A stretch of 64,000 nt of DNA from Camelus dromedarius (GCF_036321535.1 NC_087436.1:24554001-24618000), one strand, 5' to 3'. Shown: positions 1 to 13,565, numbered from the stretch's first letter. Translations and numbers: made by a program. Notes: generated from the letters alone by a model not told the origin.

Positions 1-1082
1 TAACAGTTTTCTCCCTGAGGATGGGAGCACCAGAGGGGAGTGATATGAGTCTGTGAAATGATTCGCTCATTACAGTGCTGTGGCGAGAGCCAGGTTGAAA
101 AATTGGAGTTTTCCCCCTCCCTTTAATTTGTGCTGAACACTTGCTATAGTAAAAAAAAAAATGGGATTGGAGGCTCTAAGTGCAAATCATCAACTTTAGA
201 AGAAAAATGTTACTTTTATGCTGTCCATTAGAACATTTATGTGCTCCGTATGCTCCAGCACTTACCAGAGAAAGAGGAATTTGTCCTATGAAAATGGAGA
301 GCTCATTTCTGAAAAATTGTTTTCCATAAATCTTACAAATTACTGTGCTCAAATATTCTAGGTTGTAGCCAGAGCGACCTCTGGGGAGTGATTATCAGGG
401 AAATAACCGTGAACAGCAATAAGATCTTGCACAGATCTGACTGGCGACACCAGGATGTGACCTTTCTGTGCAGGAGGCATTCATGTGGGCCTGCCTTAGT
501 TACCAGGAGCGCTGTAATTAATGGGGCACTGGAGACACCCTCTTCTCTATGAGCTGCTAATTAGTCCTCCTGGAGACACACATCCTGAATCAGATCCAGG
601 GTGGCATGTTCCGACTACTGCTTGATAAGTGGAATCAGATGAATGTGCGAGGGGCTAATCTGACTAAATCCCAACACTGTCCCCTTGCAATCCTTTCTTT
701 TCTCCCAGATTGATTCCACTCGAGAAAAACTATGGTGACTAAGCAATACCTATAATTTCTACTTTCCTTTTTTTGTGGGGAGGGGGAATGCATGATTTCA
801 TGAGTAATATCATGAGTATCAAATATACCAGATGGTTTTGAACGCACAGATTGTTTCATTTCCTTTTTACTGGTATGTTTTGGGTGGTTAATGTGACATG
901 GAGAACACCATCACTTGTTGTCAGGGGAGGCTGAAACTTACCTGCAGGGTTGCCTTGTGTGGTTATACAGGTTGTGCCCTGCCCAAGGATGTCAACCAAA
1001 GGGGTGAGTGGGGCCTGAAATCCAGCGTGCTTCTTTGTGCACATTAGAACCCAGCCATCCTGGTTCCAGAGTTTGAATTCTT

Positions 1083-1181
1083 TATTTTTTTACTTTGTTA
1101 TTATTATTATTTTTAATGGAGGTACTGGGAATGGAACCCAAGACCTCTTGCATACTGAGCATGTGCTCTACCCTCCCCTCT
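1083..1181 (-). mobile_element. tRNA-derived SINE (Vic-1-like), 5'-deleted
   Basis: GGAGGTACTGGGAATGGAACCCAAGACC. Imperfect TSD AGAGTTTGAATTCT / AAAGTCTGAATTCT. Confidence 0.85.
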
Positions 1182-1950
1182 AAAGTCTGAATTCTTAACT
1201 ACACACCATATTGATTTTAAAAACTAACAGCGTGTTGGGCTTTCATATCCTGGCCGCCAGCTTTATCATTTACTAGCTAGCAGTCCTTGAAGCCTTGGGA
1301 GAATGTGATGATTCAAGCAAAACTTTTAAAATCAAAAATTAAGTTTAGGATATTATCTGTGATTGGTAGTTGCTGGAGAAAGAATCATTCACCCTACTAC
1401 ATGTTTTACTTCTTCCATTTCATATGAAAGTCTAATGGTAAATAGATAGGATTATTTATTCACAGTTTCAGCATTATAGTTAATTTTTGGTTAAAAACAC
1501 AGGGTTTGACTACTACTTGGCGAAGTGTGAAGTGTTAGTGCAATTAGCAACAATATTTGGCAGTCAGGAGATGTTGACATATCTTCCAGGGGGCCCATGA
1601 AGGTCTGGTTGACCTGGGTAAAGTTTGCATAGTTACTGATGCTTAACATCAGTGCATGAAATTCTGCTGAATCAGTCTTCTCAGGCCAAAATATGTCCCT
1701 GGCAATGGTGCATTGGAAACATTGTGGGCTTTGGAAGCAGAACCTTAGCCTCAGCCCTTTCCAGCTGAGGGAACGTCAGCATATTGCTTACCTTCTGAGT
1801 GTCAACTTACTCATTTGTCAAACGCCTTCTTTCCACAGTTGTTGGAATTAAATTAAAAGAAGGATCCAACATGGAGCCCAGAACAGCATCACAGATTTTC
1901 AATAAATGCTAGTCTCCTGCTCCCCTCTTTAAAAATTCTGTGATGATTTT

Positions 1951-2399
1951 TGTATCAGTTTCCTAGGACTGCTGTAACACAGTACCACAAACTGGGTAGC
2001 TTAAAATGACAGAAATATGATCTCACTATTCTAAAGGGCAGAAGCCTAAAATCAAGGTGTTGTCAGGGCCATGCTCCCTCTGAAGCCTCTAGGGGAGAAT
2101 CCCTCCTGCCACTTGTAGCCTCTGTGAACCTCAGACATTCCTTGGCTTGTGGCAGCGTAACGCCAACTCACCATAGTCTTCCCTGCGTGTCTCCGCGTGA
2201 TATTCTCTCTTCATGTCTCTGTGTCCAAATTTCCCTCTTTTTATAAGGACACCAGTCATGTTGGATTAGGGCCCATTCTAATTACTTCATCTTAACTTGA
2301 TTTCATCTTCAAAGACCATTTCAAAATAAGGTCACTTTCCCAGATACCCAGGGTTAGGGTGTCCATATCTTTTGGGGGGACACAGTTCAACCCATAACA
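1951..2399 (-). mobile_element. MaLR solo LTR (MLT1C-like)
   Basis: Matches the recalled MLT1 consensus (TGTATCAGTTTCCTAGG...TATAAGGACACCAGTCATGTTGGATTAGGGCCC...CCCATAACA). Exact 5-bp TSD ATTTT. Confidence 0.92.
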
Positions 2400-3902
2400 A
2401 TTTTCCATCACCTGTAGGAAAATAATAATCTAGTAGTTGTCTAGTGACTTTAGAGTTTCTAGAAGGCTTTTATTATCTCTGTCTAGGGAGATAGGACTTA
2501 ATGCTTTTTTGTAAAGGAAGAAACTCCCATTAAAATTAGCTGGTGGTTTCGTTACAGGAGATGAAGATGTCAATTTAAGTTTGGTGCAAAATTCTCTTGT
2601 TTTGCTAAAAATTACCAGAAGATACCATTTCTTTTCATTTAAGATTTCACCACAATCACGTTTCCATGTCACACCATAGTTTTTGTAATTTTCACAATTG
2701 ATATATGATTTAGTTGATGTACCATGATTTAGTTCCTGGGTTGTTGGATATTTACAAGACTCTAACCTAGAATGTCTTGATTGATTCAACAATTCAATGT
2801 CATATAACAATACAATACTGCCAGACCAGTCTTCCTAAATTGGTGCTGTGTTTCTCGGGGATTGTGCATAGGAAATAAAGTAAGTTCCAGAGCCAGACAG
2901 ACCAAGAGTCATGTCTCAGTCCTAGGTCTTTCCAGCTGAGTGAACTTGGCATATTAAAAAAATAAAGCGGAAGACCAATGATGTAAAATGAACATATGTT
3001 TACATTCATATGAAAAGCTGTATTTGTGCATCTGCTCTGAGAAAGCTCTGGAAGGATGCATACCAAGACTGTTAAGCAGAGTAAGCCCTGAGAAGTGAGA
3101 ATAAAAAATGAATGAGGGGGTGAAGAGGATGTTCATGTTTTACTACGTGTACATTTGTATTAATTATTTTTTTCAACAGGCATGTACTTTTCCTAGTTTT
3201 TAAAGAACCAATTCAGAACAAAAAAAGCTCCTATTTTAAAAACAGGTAATCATTTGAAACTAAGGGAATCTGACAATTTGAATTTTCTTCTACCATTCAT
3301 CTCTACCAATCACTTTCCAATCGAAAAAGATAATTATGGAGAAAAGACAATTTGAAAAGAGAAATAGAAAAGAGAAATCTTTACTCTTTTTACTGTTGTC
3401 TCTAATTATGATTTCTTTGTAACCCACAAATAGTTCATTTAGGTATCCAAGTCTCTTTGACTGTCTTCCCTTTTAGAGAAAGAAAACACCAGGAAAAAAA
3501 AAAAATCCCACCCATTCTTTTACTAGAATTGCTGAAGAAGTATTTGGAATTTTGCTTTTGCTGTTGTTGATGTTGTTTTAAAATAGGCTTTATTTTCAGC
3601 TGAAACCTGATTTTGTATTGTAAGCAAATATTCTTACTTTTCTAGATAAGATTATCCTTAATTTAAAAAGTTCTACAAACAAAACAAAACAAGTTCTGGA
3701 AAGTATACATTCAGTAAAAATTCCAAAATGATTGCAAGTCTCCTCGATATAATAGTAGTAATAATTCTCTAATTATTTTTTCCACAATTCTGTTCAACAA
3801 ATTGTTTCCTCAAATAATGCATAGCTCAGCATCACATATCATTTGTCATCATTAATATTTGCTTTTGAAAAAGCAGTGTGTATTCTGTGTATACTGGTTT
3901 TA

Positions 3903-3985
3903 TTTTATTTATTATTATTTTTTAAGTGGAAGTACTGGGGATTGAACCCAGGACTCTCTACCACTAAGCTACACCCTCCCCCCCA
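3903..3985 (-). mobile_element. Vic-1-like SINE, internally deleted
   Basis: GTACTGGGGATTGAACCCAGGAC|TCTCTACCACTAAGCTAC. TSD TATACTGGTTTTA. Confidence 0.88.
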
Positions 3986-4669
3986 TATACTGGTTTTAAA
4001 AGATGAGGATTCTTCCATTTTATTTCTCTGCTATTCTAACAAATACTTAATAAAAACTAGGAAGTTAGTGGTGTAGCTAGAAAATGAAATTATTTTAAAA
4101 CATGTAATTTTCTTATTTCATTTTCTTCAGTATCATTCTACTGTTATTCTTCTTTTTTTTTAAATAACTGTTATTATTTATTTAATTTCCAATTGGCTTA
4201 TAGAAAAAGCCTTTATAAGAAATCATTCCTTTTTGATTTATACTTATTGAAAAGCTACCAAAAAATTTCACAAGTAATTGGATCTGAAAAAATTATATTT
4301 GATTCATAAATTACATATTAATACAAATTATTAGGATATGTTTTCAGTAAAGACAGGAAATTTCATCATCAATTATTAACAGGTTGAAACAGACTAGTTA
4401 ATGTTATTTGAATACTCTGCAGAAAAGAAACTCTTATGCTATTCTAATAAGTGAAAACAAGAACTAAGTTCAGGTTGAGAGATCATTGAGGATATTTTGA
4501 AATAATTCCTACGTCACTAGTAAGAACAAAGGTGTTTTAAATGACCTTATGTACACATATGGTAGCACAGTGATTTGTGTAATGCTTCTTGGGTAATGCT
4601 TCTGCTAGTTCTCATTGTTCTTTAACACTGTCATCATCATCAACTTTATTTAAAAAGAATTTTGACATC

Positions 4670-4789
4670 TTATAGTATCTTATGGTGAAAAAGAATATGA
4701 AAATGAGTATATGTATTTTCATGTATGACTGAAGAAATGTGCTATATATCAGAAATTGACACAGCATTGTAAACTGACTATAATTCAAT
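4670..4789 (+). mobile_element. L1 extreme 3' end
   Basis: GAAAAAGAATATGAAAATGAG...CAGAAATTGACACAGCATTGTAAACTGACTATA. Confidence 0.85.
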
Positions 4790-4831
4790 TATATATATTA
4801 TATCCAGTCCATTATATATATTATATTCAGT

Positions 4832-4868
<37 letters not shown>

Positions 4869-4980
4869 TCTTTTAATGTATAACTGAATATATTATATAT
4901 AATATAATGTATATAATATAATATATAATGTAATGTATTCAATATAATATATAATATAATATATTCAATTATATATATAT
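4790..4980. repeat. AT-rich low-complexity / (TA)n(CA)n tract
   Basis: Directly visible. Confidence 0.9.
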
Positions 4981-5090
4981 TCTTTTTCATTATAGGTTAT
5001 TATAAGATATTGAATATAGTTACCTGTGCTATACAGTAGGACCTTGTTTATCTATTCTGTACATAGTAGTTTGTTTCTGCCAATCCCAAG
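4975..5090 (-). mobile_element. L1 3' UTR fragment
   Basis: CATTATAGGTTATTATAAGATATTGAATATAGTTACCTGTGCTATACAGTAGGACC, the same motif as the other L1 copies in this window. Confidence 0.85.
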
Positions 5091-5269
5091 TACTTATTTT
5101 TTTTAGAAAGAAACAAAATAAAAAGATATTCTTCTGTGTAACTAACATGGCTTTGGACATTGAAAAAGCAGAATACTTAGATTTTCATTTTCAAATCTTT
5201 AAAAATAATATGGGATAAAATACGAGACATTGAAAAATTGAGAACTAGAACTCCCAGGAAAATAATGAA

Positions 5270-6610
5270 ATCTCAACATTAGGAAATCCAGTAATGCAAT
5301 TCACATTAATAAACTGAAGGAGAATAATCAAACAATGATCTCATTAGATGCTGTAAAAACACTTGGTAGAACTCAATATGCATTTGTTATTTTAAAAGAA
5401 ATTGTTAAGCTTTGATAAAGGCAGAAACCACTGCAAATATCATAATAATGAGACATTAGGAGATCACATTAAAGATGGGAACAGGATAGGAATTCCACCA
5501 GCACCATATTATTTTTGATTTTTGTTTCCAACCACACACAGAAGCATATTACAAATGCATTAAAAATCCACATATAAAAAAAATTTCCTAGGGAGGGTAT
5601 AGGTCAGTGGTAGATTGTGTGCTTAGCATGCATGAGGTCCTGAGTTCAATCCCCAGTATCTCTGTTAAAAAATAAATAAAAATAAATAAACCTAATTACC
5701 CCCAAATTAAAAATAAATAAATAAAAAATTAAAAAAATTTCCCATAAATGTACTAACAGAAAGTATAGGAGGTTTTTGTTTTTTAAAATAATCTTGGGGG
5801 TGAAGAACAAAGCTAAATGTCAAGCAGCAGAGATTGAGGAAATGTTTTCCAGAACCATATGAGAACCACAATATATAAAGAGCTCCTTTGAATCACAAGA
5901 AAAAGTAAACCAAAGGAAAAATGAGCAAACACAAGGCGATTTCTAGATAAAGAAATATAAATGGCCAAGAAGCACATGACAAGTTGTTTAACCTCCCTAG
6001 TCTGGGAAATACAAATAAAAACAACCATATGTTATTTTCATCCCCTCAGTTCCCCCCAAAATAAATAAAAATATACTCTCATATTCAACTGGTGGGAGTG
6101 TTCATTGTTATAATCTTTTATGAAGAGCAATTTGGCAATATCTCTCAAAACAGTAATGCTCTCACACTGATTCAGCAACATATGCAGAGTGTACATGGAT
6201 ATTGCACACAGCATTGCTTGCATTTAACAAAAACTGAAAATAGCCTAATTGGGAAATAGTCAAATACTTTATAGTACAGTGTAACTACATCTGCTAAACA
6301 GAGTGACATAGCTCTAGCTGTATTGACATGGAAGATGCTTCTGACTCAGTGTTAAGCAAGTTTCAGAACAACATGTATAGTACAATCCAATATGGGTAAA
6401 CAAAGAAAATTCACAACACCTATACGTGCAAATAGACACATACATAGAAAAAAAAGTCTAGAAGAGCACACTGCAGATGATTTCCAGCTCCCACCTCAGG
6501 AAGTCTGATGGGGTGAGTCCCACCCCGTGGGGCTTAAGGAGATATGAATAGGGATTTTGACTCTTAACTCTCTAGACCTGTATTAGAATTTTTTTAACAC
6601 AGCAAATGCA
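5270..6610 (+). mobile_element. Old L1M(E)-type fragments
   Basis: A-rich decayed ORF2/3' motifs (GATCTCATTAGATGC, GAGCAATTTGGCAATATCT, ATTGACATGGAAGATG). Confidence 0.65.
5591..5730 (+). mobile_element. Vic-1-like SINE
   Basis: A box, B box (GAGTTCAATCC), AATAAACCTAATTACC tail and TSD AAAAAATTTCC. Confidence 0.92.
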
Positions 6611-6989
6611 TATTTGTAGTGTTAAAGATTAATTACTAGAAGAGAGGAATGTAGTTTATATAGTGCAGAGATTGTTGCTACTGTTTTTTTCTTGGTAAGC
6701 AGACATTAGGGTGCAATCAGAGTGTTTAAAATTATTTAGAACTTATTACCCATCAGGCTAAAAAAACAAAATTGCTTCCATCATAAGCAGGGGAGTTGTT
6801 TTCCCATTGATCAAATATTTATTTTATTTAAATATCAATTAACATAATTTGCTATTTCTTACTTTGGAAAAGCTGCCTACTGCACCTTTAAACTCTGACT
6901 GCTGACAGGGAAATTTGAATACAAGCAGAACTCAATTAAATGCAAGGTTTTTCTTATTGGAAATTAAATATTAAAAAGGAAAACATTTT

Positions 6990-7626
6990 ATTTATTTATT
7001 TTTTATTTGAAATACATTTGATTTAACAATGTTGTGTTAGTTTTTGGTGTACAGCATAGTGAGTCAGTTATATATTCTTTTTCATTATGGGCTATTACAA
7101 GATATTGAATATAGTTTCCTGTGCTATACAGTAGGACCTGTTGTTCATTTATTTTCTATATGGTAGTTTGTATCTGCTAAGCCCAAACTCCTAATTTATC
7201 CCACCCTCCCTTTCCCCTTTGGGAACCGTTAGTTTGTTTTCTGTATCTGTGAGTCTGTTTCTGTTTTGTAAATAAGTTTATTTGTATCATTTTTTAGATT
7301 CCACATGTAAGTGATATCATACGATATTTGTCTTTGTCTGATTTACTTCACTTAGTATGATAATCCCTAGGTCCATCCATGTTGCTGCAAATGGCATCAT
7401 TTCATTCTTTCTTATGGCTGAGTAGTATTCTATTGTGTAAATATACCACAGCTTCTTTATCCAGTCATCTGTCAATGGACGTTTAGGTTGCTTCCATGTC
7501 TTGGCTATTGTATATAGTGTTGCTGTGAACACTGGGGTGCATGTATCTTTTCGAATTAGAGATTTCTCTGGATATATGGCCAGGAGTGGGATTGCTGGAT
7601 CACATGATAAGTCTATTTTTAGTTTT
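6990..7626 (-). mobile_element. L1 3' end, 5'-truncated
   Basis: Minus ORF 7317-7532 is the ORF2 C-terminus (MFTATLYTIAKTWKQPKRPLTDDWIKKLWYIYTIEYYSA). Imperfect TSD AAAAAGGAAAACATTTT / AAAAAGAAACCTTTTT. Confidence 0.93.
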
Positions 7627-9243
7627 AAAAAGAAACCTTTTTAAGGCCTTGCTAGTTGGTTTAAGTCTGCTGTTGAGTATGATGGGTATTGTGAACTTTC
7701 AAACACCAGACGTTGAATTCATCCTCCCTTCCTCCTTTTCTTCTGTCCTTTCTTCCTCTTTTCAATTTTTTTTTTGTCCTGGGCAGACCAGGAAAGATAG
7801 GCAGGGAAATTGAAGCAATGCAATGATCTTGCCATGGGCCTGTCTGAGGCTGGCCTCACAATGTACTGCATATCATTGAATTAAGTACCCTTTGGTGCGC
7901 TGTAATAACCTCCATCAATCTGGAGGCAGCCAGCCAGGAGGAAAAGGGAAGAATCGGGACTAGGGACAAGGAAAAGCGCCTGGCTAAGGAAGAGCCCACT
8001 GTGGGTGTCCAGCTGATCAAATGCTAAGCTGCAGGGGGTGGGGAGGTAAAATGGAGCTAGAACGTGGCATCAGGAGATTGAACCAAATGATATCTAGAAT
8101 CAAGGGAGTTGCAGAAACCCCATGCTTACAAATTCCCCGGGAAGATTCTTTTCTGAGAATAATTTGAAAGAGACATTTTGAATTATTTCTCCAGAAGACA
8201 CCTGGTTAATCAGAATTAGAGAGTTCAGAAACAAGAGTAGGAGGATATCTGTCTCTTCCTAATGAACAGAACACTTTCCTGATTCTTAGCAAGCCAGTTT
8301 ATACAATACTTTTGTACAAGAGTGAAATCCTTACTTTCTTAAGGCAGGTAGTTCACTGTTTCCAACGTCGAGTTTTTTGTTATTTCTTATGTTTCTTTGT
8401 AGGTTACAAGCTCCCAATAATAGGGAGACAGGTCATCATCTTGTGTTCCTTGAAGTGTTTTGTTCTGTAGCACTCTGCCATTAATCTCTTTCCTAACTCA
8501 AGCTTTATAACACCTCTGTCTCAGTACTTCTGCTCTCCTGGCCCTTTATTTCCCATACATACGGGATTCTGGGAGTTAGTTTCTTACTCTTAGCGGAATC
8601 TATTTATAATCCCACAGGGCTGGCAGAGATGTTGAAATATTGTTAGAACAATACCGAGGTATAAATCTCGCTCTGTCCGTTGTCAAGTCTTCAGGACAGG
8701 TCAATCATTTGCTATTGCTCAACTACACACTGATGGCTTTTGGTATCGATCATAGGTCAATTATCTGGTTTTGGCCAAGTCAGCATTTTTAGTACTGTAC
8801 GTGATGTTGGTTACTGTTAGGCTGGCTCCTAGGGGAGGAGGTATTCTGGAATCTGAAACTACAAGGTGTTTCAAAACTCTTATCTCACTTGTGGCTGCAT
8901 TTTTAAAAAATTGTTTTATTTCAAATGATGTCACTGTGACCTTAAGTCTCCAAAGTGTTGCTTTTTTCTTTCATTTTTGACAGTCATTTATTTCTCAGGT
9001 GTTCTTGTTTAAAAGGCTAAGAAACCCCCCAAACATCTTGATATTTCTAATTTTACACGCATCTCTAAGGTGCTGGGCCCCCACTTTTGCTCCAACTGTC
9101 AGCAGTTTTGAGATACTGAGATTCCTCCTTAAGGAATCCTTGTCTCAGTGAACAGGAAAGAGAGTTCTAGCAGATGAGCCTTGGCTGGGCTGAAATCTCC
9201 TGCTTCCATACAGGATACTTCTAATTTACCCAAATGTTGAAGA

Positions 9244-9382
9244 GAGGGGATAGGGTATAGCTCAAGTGGTAGAGCGCATGCTCAGCATGCAAGAGGTCCT
9301 GGATTCAATCCCCAGTACCTCCTCCAAACAGAAGTAAATGAAAAAACCTAATTACCTCCCCCTCATAAAACAAACAATACAA
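9244..9382 (+). mobile_element. Vic-1-like SINE
   Basis: GGGTATAGCTCAAGTGGTAGAGCGCATGC...TTCAATCCCCAGTACCTCC. TSD CAAATGTTGA. Confidence 0.93.
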
Positions 9383-9719
9383 ACAAATGTTGAGAGAGAG
9401 AAAGACAGAGAGAGAGAGACTGATTGACGTTTGGTTCCCTTTACCATGAAAGTGTAGGAGGCACGAGGAAGCCCAAATGTGGGCTGCTGTGACTTGCTCT
9501 GAGGTCAGATCTGCTTTCTTGAGCTGAGCAGAAGCCTCTGACACATCACCTACTTCCTTTTTGGCTTTGTAAATCACTTGGTGAAGCTGAATTAAGTTAG
9601 AATGGACTCCACTTGGTTGGTCAGAATTCAGTTATACTGGATGAGACATAAGCCAGCTTCAAAAACAATCAGTAAGATTTATCAGAGAGCAGACATGGGT
9701 TCAGAAACAGAGAGTCTAG

Positions 9720-10270
9720 TTACTGTCTGATCCCGCAACTCCACTCCTAGGAAGGTACCCATGAGAGATGGAAACCTATAACCACACAAAAACTTGTACA
9801 TAGGTGTTCATAGCAGCATTATTTATAATAGCCCCAAAGTGGAAATGACCCAAGTATCTGTCAACTGATGACTGGATAAGCAAAACGTAGTGATCCATGC
9901 AATGAATATTATTCAGCAATAAAAAGAAATGAAGTCCTGATACCTGCTACAATGTGGATGAACATTGTACAGACTAAGTGAAAGAAGCCAGGAATAAAGG
10001 TCATGTACTGTATGATTCCATTTATACGAAATGTCCAGAGCAGGCAAATCCAGAGAGAGAGAGAGAGAGGGGAAGTAGATCCGTGGCTGCTTAGGGCCAG
10101 AGGGTTAGGGGCGGATGGGGAATGCTACCCCTGGGTATGAGAGATTTTTTTAATGAAAATTTTCTCAAATTAAATTATGGTCATGTTTCTACAACCACGT
10201 GACTATATTCAAAAACATTTAATTCTATACTTCAAATGGGTAATGGTTTGTGGATTATATCTCAGCAAAG
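9720..10270 (+). mobile_element. L1MB/MC-type 3' fragment
   Basis: GATCCCGCAACTCCACTCCTAGG, GTTCATAGCAGCATTATTTATAATAGCCCC, TGTATGATTCCATTTATA. Confidence 0.88.
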
Positions 10271-10340
10271 TTTTTTTTAAATTTTTTAAAGAAACAAACA
10301 GCTTATTTTGAAGGATTCAGTAAAAATATAGCCTTGACAG

Positions 10341-10445
10341 GGGCTGGGTATAGTTCAGTGGTAGAGCTTGTGCTTAGCATGCACAAGATCATGGGTTCAA
10401 TCTAATTACCAACCCCCCAAAAGAACAAAAAATAAAATAAAATAG
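10341..10445 (+). mobile_element. Vic-1-like SINE, internally deleted
   Basis: GGGTATAGTTCAGTGGTAGAG...GGGTTCAATC|TAATTACC. Confidence 0.88.
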
Positions 10446-11227
10446 TTGCTTAAATAAAACTATAAATTAAAAGACTTAGAAATATTAAAAATATATTGTT
10501 AAAAAATACAGTATTGGCAACAGATATTTAGATCTATGTGGCAATCAGGAAGCCGCACGTGAATGGCACTTCCTTCCTGGCAATGTCATGACCAAACGGA
10601 TCTTCCTTAAGTCCTGTGTTTCTTGCATCAGAGCTATTACTCAGAACTCTCATTGATTCCCCGCTACCTAAAGGGCTCCTGGTCTCTCTAACCTCGCATC
10701 CCCCATGAATCCTTTGTTCCAAGTTGCCTGGTCTGCTTGCCTTCTGCCAAGCACTGTTCCCAATTCCTGTTTGCTCACACAGTTCTGCCAGCTTGGAATA
10801 TCATCTTGCTAGCCTTCATTTTTTTTCCTCCTTCAAAGATAGTACAGACCTCACCATCTTCACTGAGCACCCAAATCACCGCAAGTCTCCTTTCTTGGAC
10901 TCCCATCTCCACCTTGTCTGCCTCACTTACTTTTCACAGTGTGTACACCATCTTTGCGAATATGAAAGTGTCACACATTTTCTTGTGTGTATATTCCCCT
11001 CCCCTCCCCCAGTACTCACATGCATCTGTTTTGGGGGTGAGGGGTGAGTGGAATTGAGTTTTGAAGAGTCCCTGACACTACTGCTCCACTCTCCAACTCA
11101 CCACACAATCAGATGATAACTTCCAATACATTAAAGAGCTAGGGATGACAAGAAACAAAGTGGCCTTTAAAAAATCTTGTTTTCCTATTGCTGAAAGAAA
11201 TGCATTTGAGTATGAAACATTTGGGAG

Positions 11228-11302
11228 CGGGTGCTGAATATAGCTCGGCATAGAGCGAGAGCTTGGCATGCATGAGGTTCAATCCCCAGTGCCTTCATTA
11301 AG
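11228..11302 (+). mobile_element. Vic-1-like SINE, degraded
   Basis: TATAGCTCGGCATAGAGCG...GCATGCATGAGGTTCAATCCCCAG. Confidence 0.8.
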
Positions 11303-11699
11303 GGGGGAAAACGTTTAAGAGATAAAAATTTGAAAAAGATAGTAATAGACGATGTCTACTTAAAAAAAACCAAAAACATTTGGGAGATAGAGGAAGGCAT
11401 AGAGAAGAAAATATTAATTTTCCCGCTACCATTTTTTGTGTAACCTTGCATACGTACACATTCACAAGTGCAGCACTTTTAAAACTCAGATGAGCAGAAG
11501 TGTAATTTTTTAATGATTGAATCCAACCTGCTTGTCAGCCTTCCTTTCTGCTGATGGAGGAAAAACACTGTCTCTTGGTTAAACATTCACTCAAATTTGA
11601 GGATCTCCTTGTCCTTTTCTCCTGCCCTTGGACCATCCTTCCAGTTTCTGCACATGGCTAGATTGGTGAGAGGACGGTCTCTACAAAACACAGACTCCA

Positions 11700-12260
11700 T
11701 CACAATGATCCCTGTCCCCATCCCCGCCACCTCTCCCAGCTTAAAGTCTTCAGTGGCTCCCACTGCCCACCAGAAAAAGTCCTAGCTTCATAAGACCTTC
11801 ATACTCTGGCTCCAGTCTCCGTTGAATCTCATCTCTTGCTGCTTTTACTAATGCATTCTGCCCTCTAGACACCAAGAGTATTTACTTTTTCCTCAATATA
11901 ACAAATACCTTCAAGCCTTCTGTTCACTCTGTTTTCTCTGCATGGAATACCCTTTGCAACTTTCATCACCAAGCAAATATCCTTGGCAATACCCGGTTTA
12001 AATGTTATTTCCCTGGCTAATCTTGCTTGACTCATTCATCTGAATTAATCCTTCCCTTAAAGTACTCTCTCAGCACATTGTATGTACCTCTATTACTGAA
12101 CTTAGTATTATTACACTGTATTAGAGTTTGTCAATCTGCCCCCTCCTCTGAGATGTGAACTTCTTCAGGCTTACTTTTATTCTTTTTTTTTTTCCCTTTT
12201 TACTTTCCGAAGTGGAGTATTACCCCCAGAAAACTGAAGGTGCTAAATAATAGTTGAAAA
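11700..12260. mobile_element. L2 3' relic
   Basis: AAAGTCTTCAGTGGCTCCCACTGCCCACCAG, CTCTGCATGGAATACCC and GGTGCTAAATAA motifs. Confidence 0.6.
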
Positions 12261-12561
12261 TAAAATGAAATAATATCTTTCTATATATATGTATTAGTTG
12301 ATTAAAGAGTATCAGAATAAATAAGAGATACAGGAAGAAGTGTGGGTGCCAAGGGGAGGAGATGCAGGCTGTGTTACTTGTTAGTGGGTTATTCACAAGC
12401 TGGCAATGGAAAGATAACTGTCCCTTTATGACTCCTCATTGCACTTGGACAGAGAAAGTTACTGAATCCTCACATAAATGTGACTGACAAGGGACCACCA
12501 CTGCACATTCTACAGAACTAATTCTAAAGCAAGAGCATGGCTTTCTAAATGGTTACATGCA

Positions 12562-12840
12562 CTTTTTGTTTTAATTGAAGTATAGTCGAGCTTACAATGT
12601 TGTGTCAATTTCTGGTGTACAGCATAATGTTTCAGTCATACATATACATACATACATATATTCATTTTCATATTCTTTTTCATTGTAGGTTACAAGATAT
12701 TGAATATAGTATCCTGTGCTATACAAAAGAAACTTACTGTTTATCTATTATATATATAGCAGTTAGTCTCCGCAAATCTCGAACTCCCGGTTTATCCCTT
12801 CTCACCTCTTCCTCCCTGGTAACCATAAATTTGCTTTCTA
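12562..12840 (-). mobile_element. L1 3' end
   Basis: TTAATTGAAGTATAGTC...TTTCTGGTGTACAGCATAATG...CCCTGGTAACCATAA. Confidence 0.9.
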
Positions 12841-12864
12841 TGCATTTATCTTAAAATAAAAAAT

Positions 12865-13345
12865 GTACAAGTGTCCACTGACAGATGAATGGATAAACAA
12901 AATGTGGTATATGCATGCAGTGAGATATTACTCAGCCTTAAAAAGGAAAGAACTCCTGTCATGTGCTACAACATGGATGAACCTTGAGGACACTATGCTA
13001 AGTGAAATAAGGCTTTCACAGAAAAGGCAAAGTGTATGATTTCAATCAGATGAGGAAGCTAGAGTAGTTAAGTTCATAAAGACAGAAAGCAGAATGGTGA
13101 TTATCAGGGGCCAGGGACAGAGGAAAATGGGAGTTAGTGTTTAACAGGTGACAGACTTTCAGTTTTGTCAGATGAAAAAGTTCTAGAGATGGATAGTGGA
13201 GATGGTTGTAGGACAATGTGAATGTACTTAATGTCATTGAACTGTACACTTAAAGTTGGTTAAAATGGTATCTTTTATGTATATGTGTATATATATACAT
13301 ATATATGTATTTTTTTTTACCACAAATTTTAAAAAGATAAAAAAC
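12865..13345 (+). mobile_element. L1MB-type 3' fragment
   Basis: ACAGATGAATGGATAAACAAAATGTGG, ACATGGATGAACCTTGAGGAC, GAACTGTACACTTAAA. Confidence 0.9.
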
Positions 13346-13382
13346 TTAAGAGCATACGATCCATTGTTCTACATGCTCTAGG

Positions 13383-13565
13383 AGAGAATCTAGATTTTGT
13401 GAAGCCCGAAGCTGACAGAACTGAGGGACCCCTATTACAGAAAAAAATTATGAATAGAAAATCAGGTGAAAAAGCCAGTATTTATTTAGAATGAGAACGG
13501 GGAGGGGTTGTGTGAGGGTTCCTGTAGCTTAAGCTTCCTTAGCTTCCATGAGAATCTGCTTCTGC
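13383..13565. mobile_element. MER53-like DNA transposon relic
   Basis: GATTTTGTGAAGCCCGAAGCT, TATTTATTTAGAATGAGAA, AGCTTAAGCTTCCTTAGCTTC. Confidence 0.7.

Noticed and set aside
9244..9325. tRNA gene-like sequences (A/B boxes)
   Set aside because: They are SINE heads: many diverged copies with A-rich tails and TSDs, and no intact cloverleaf.
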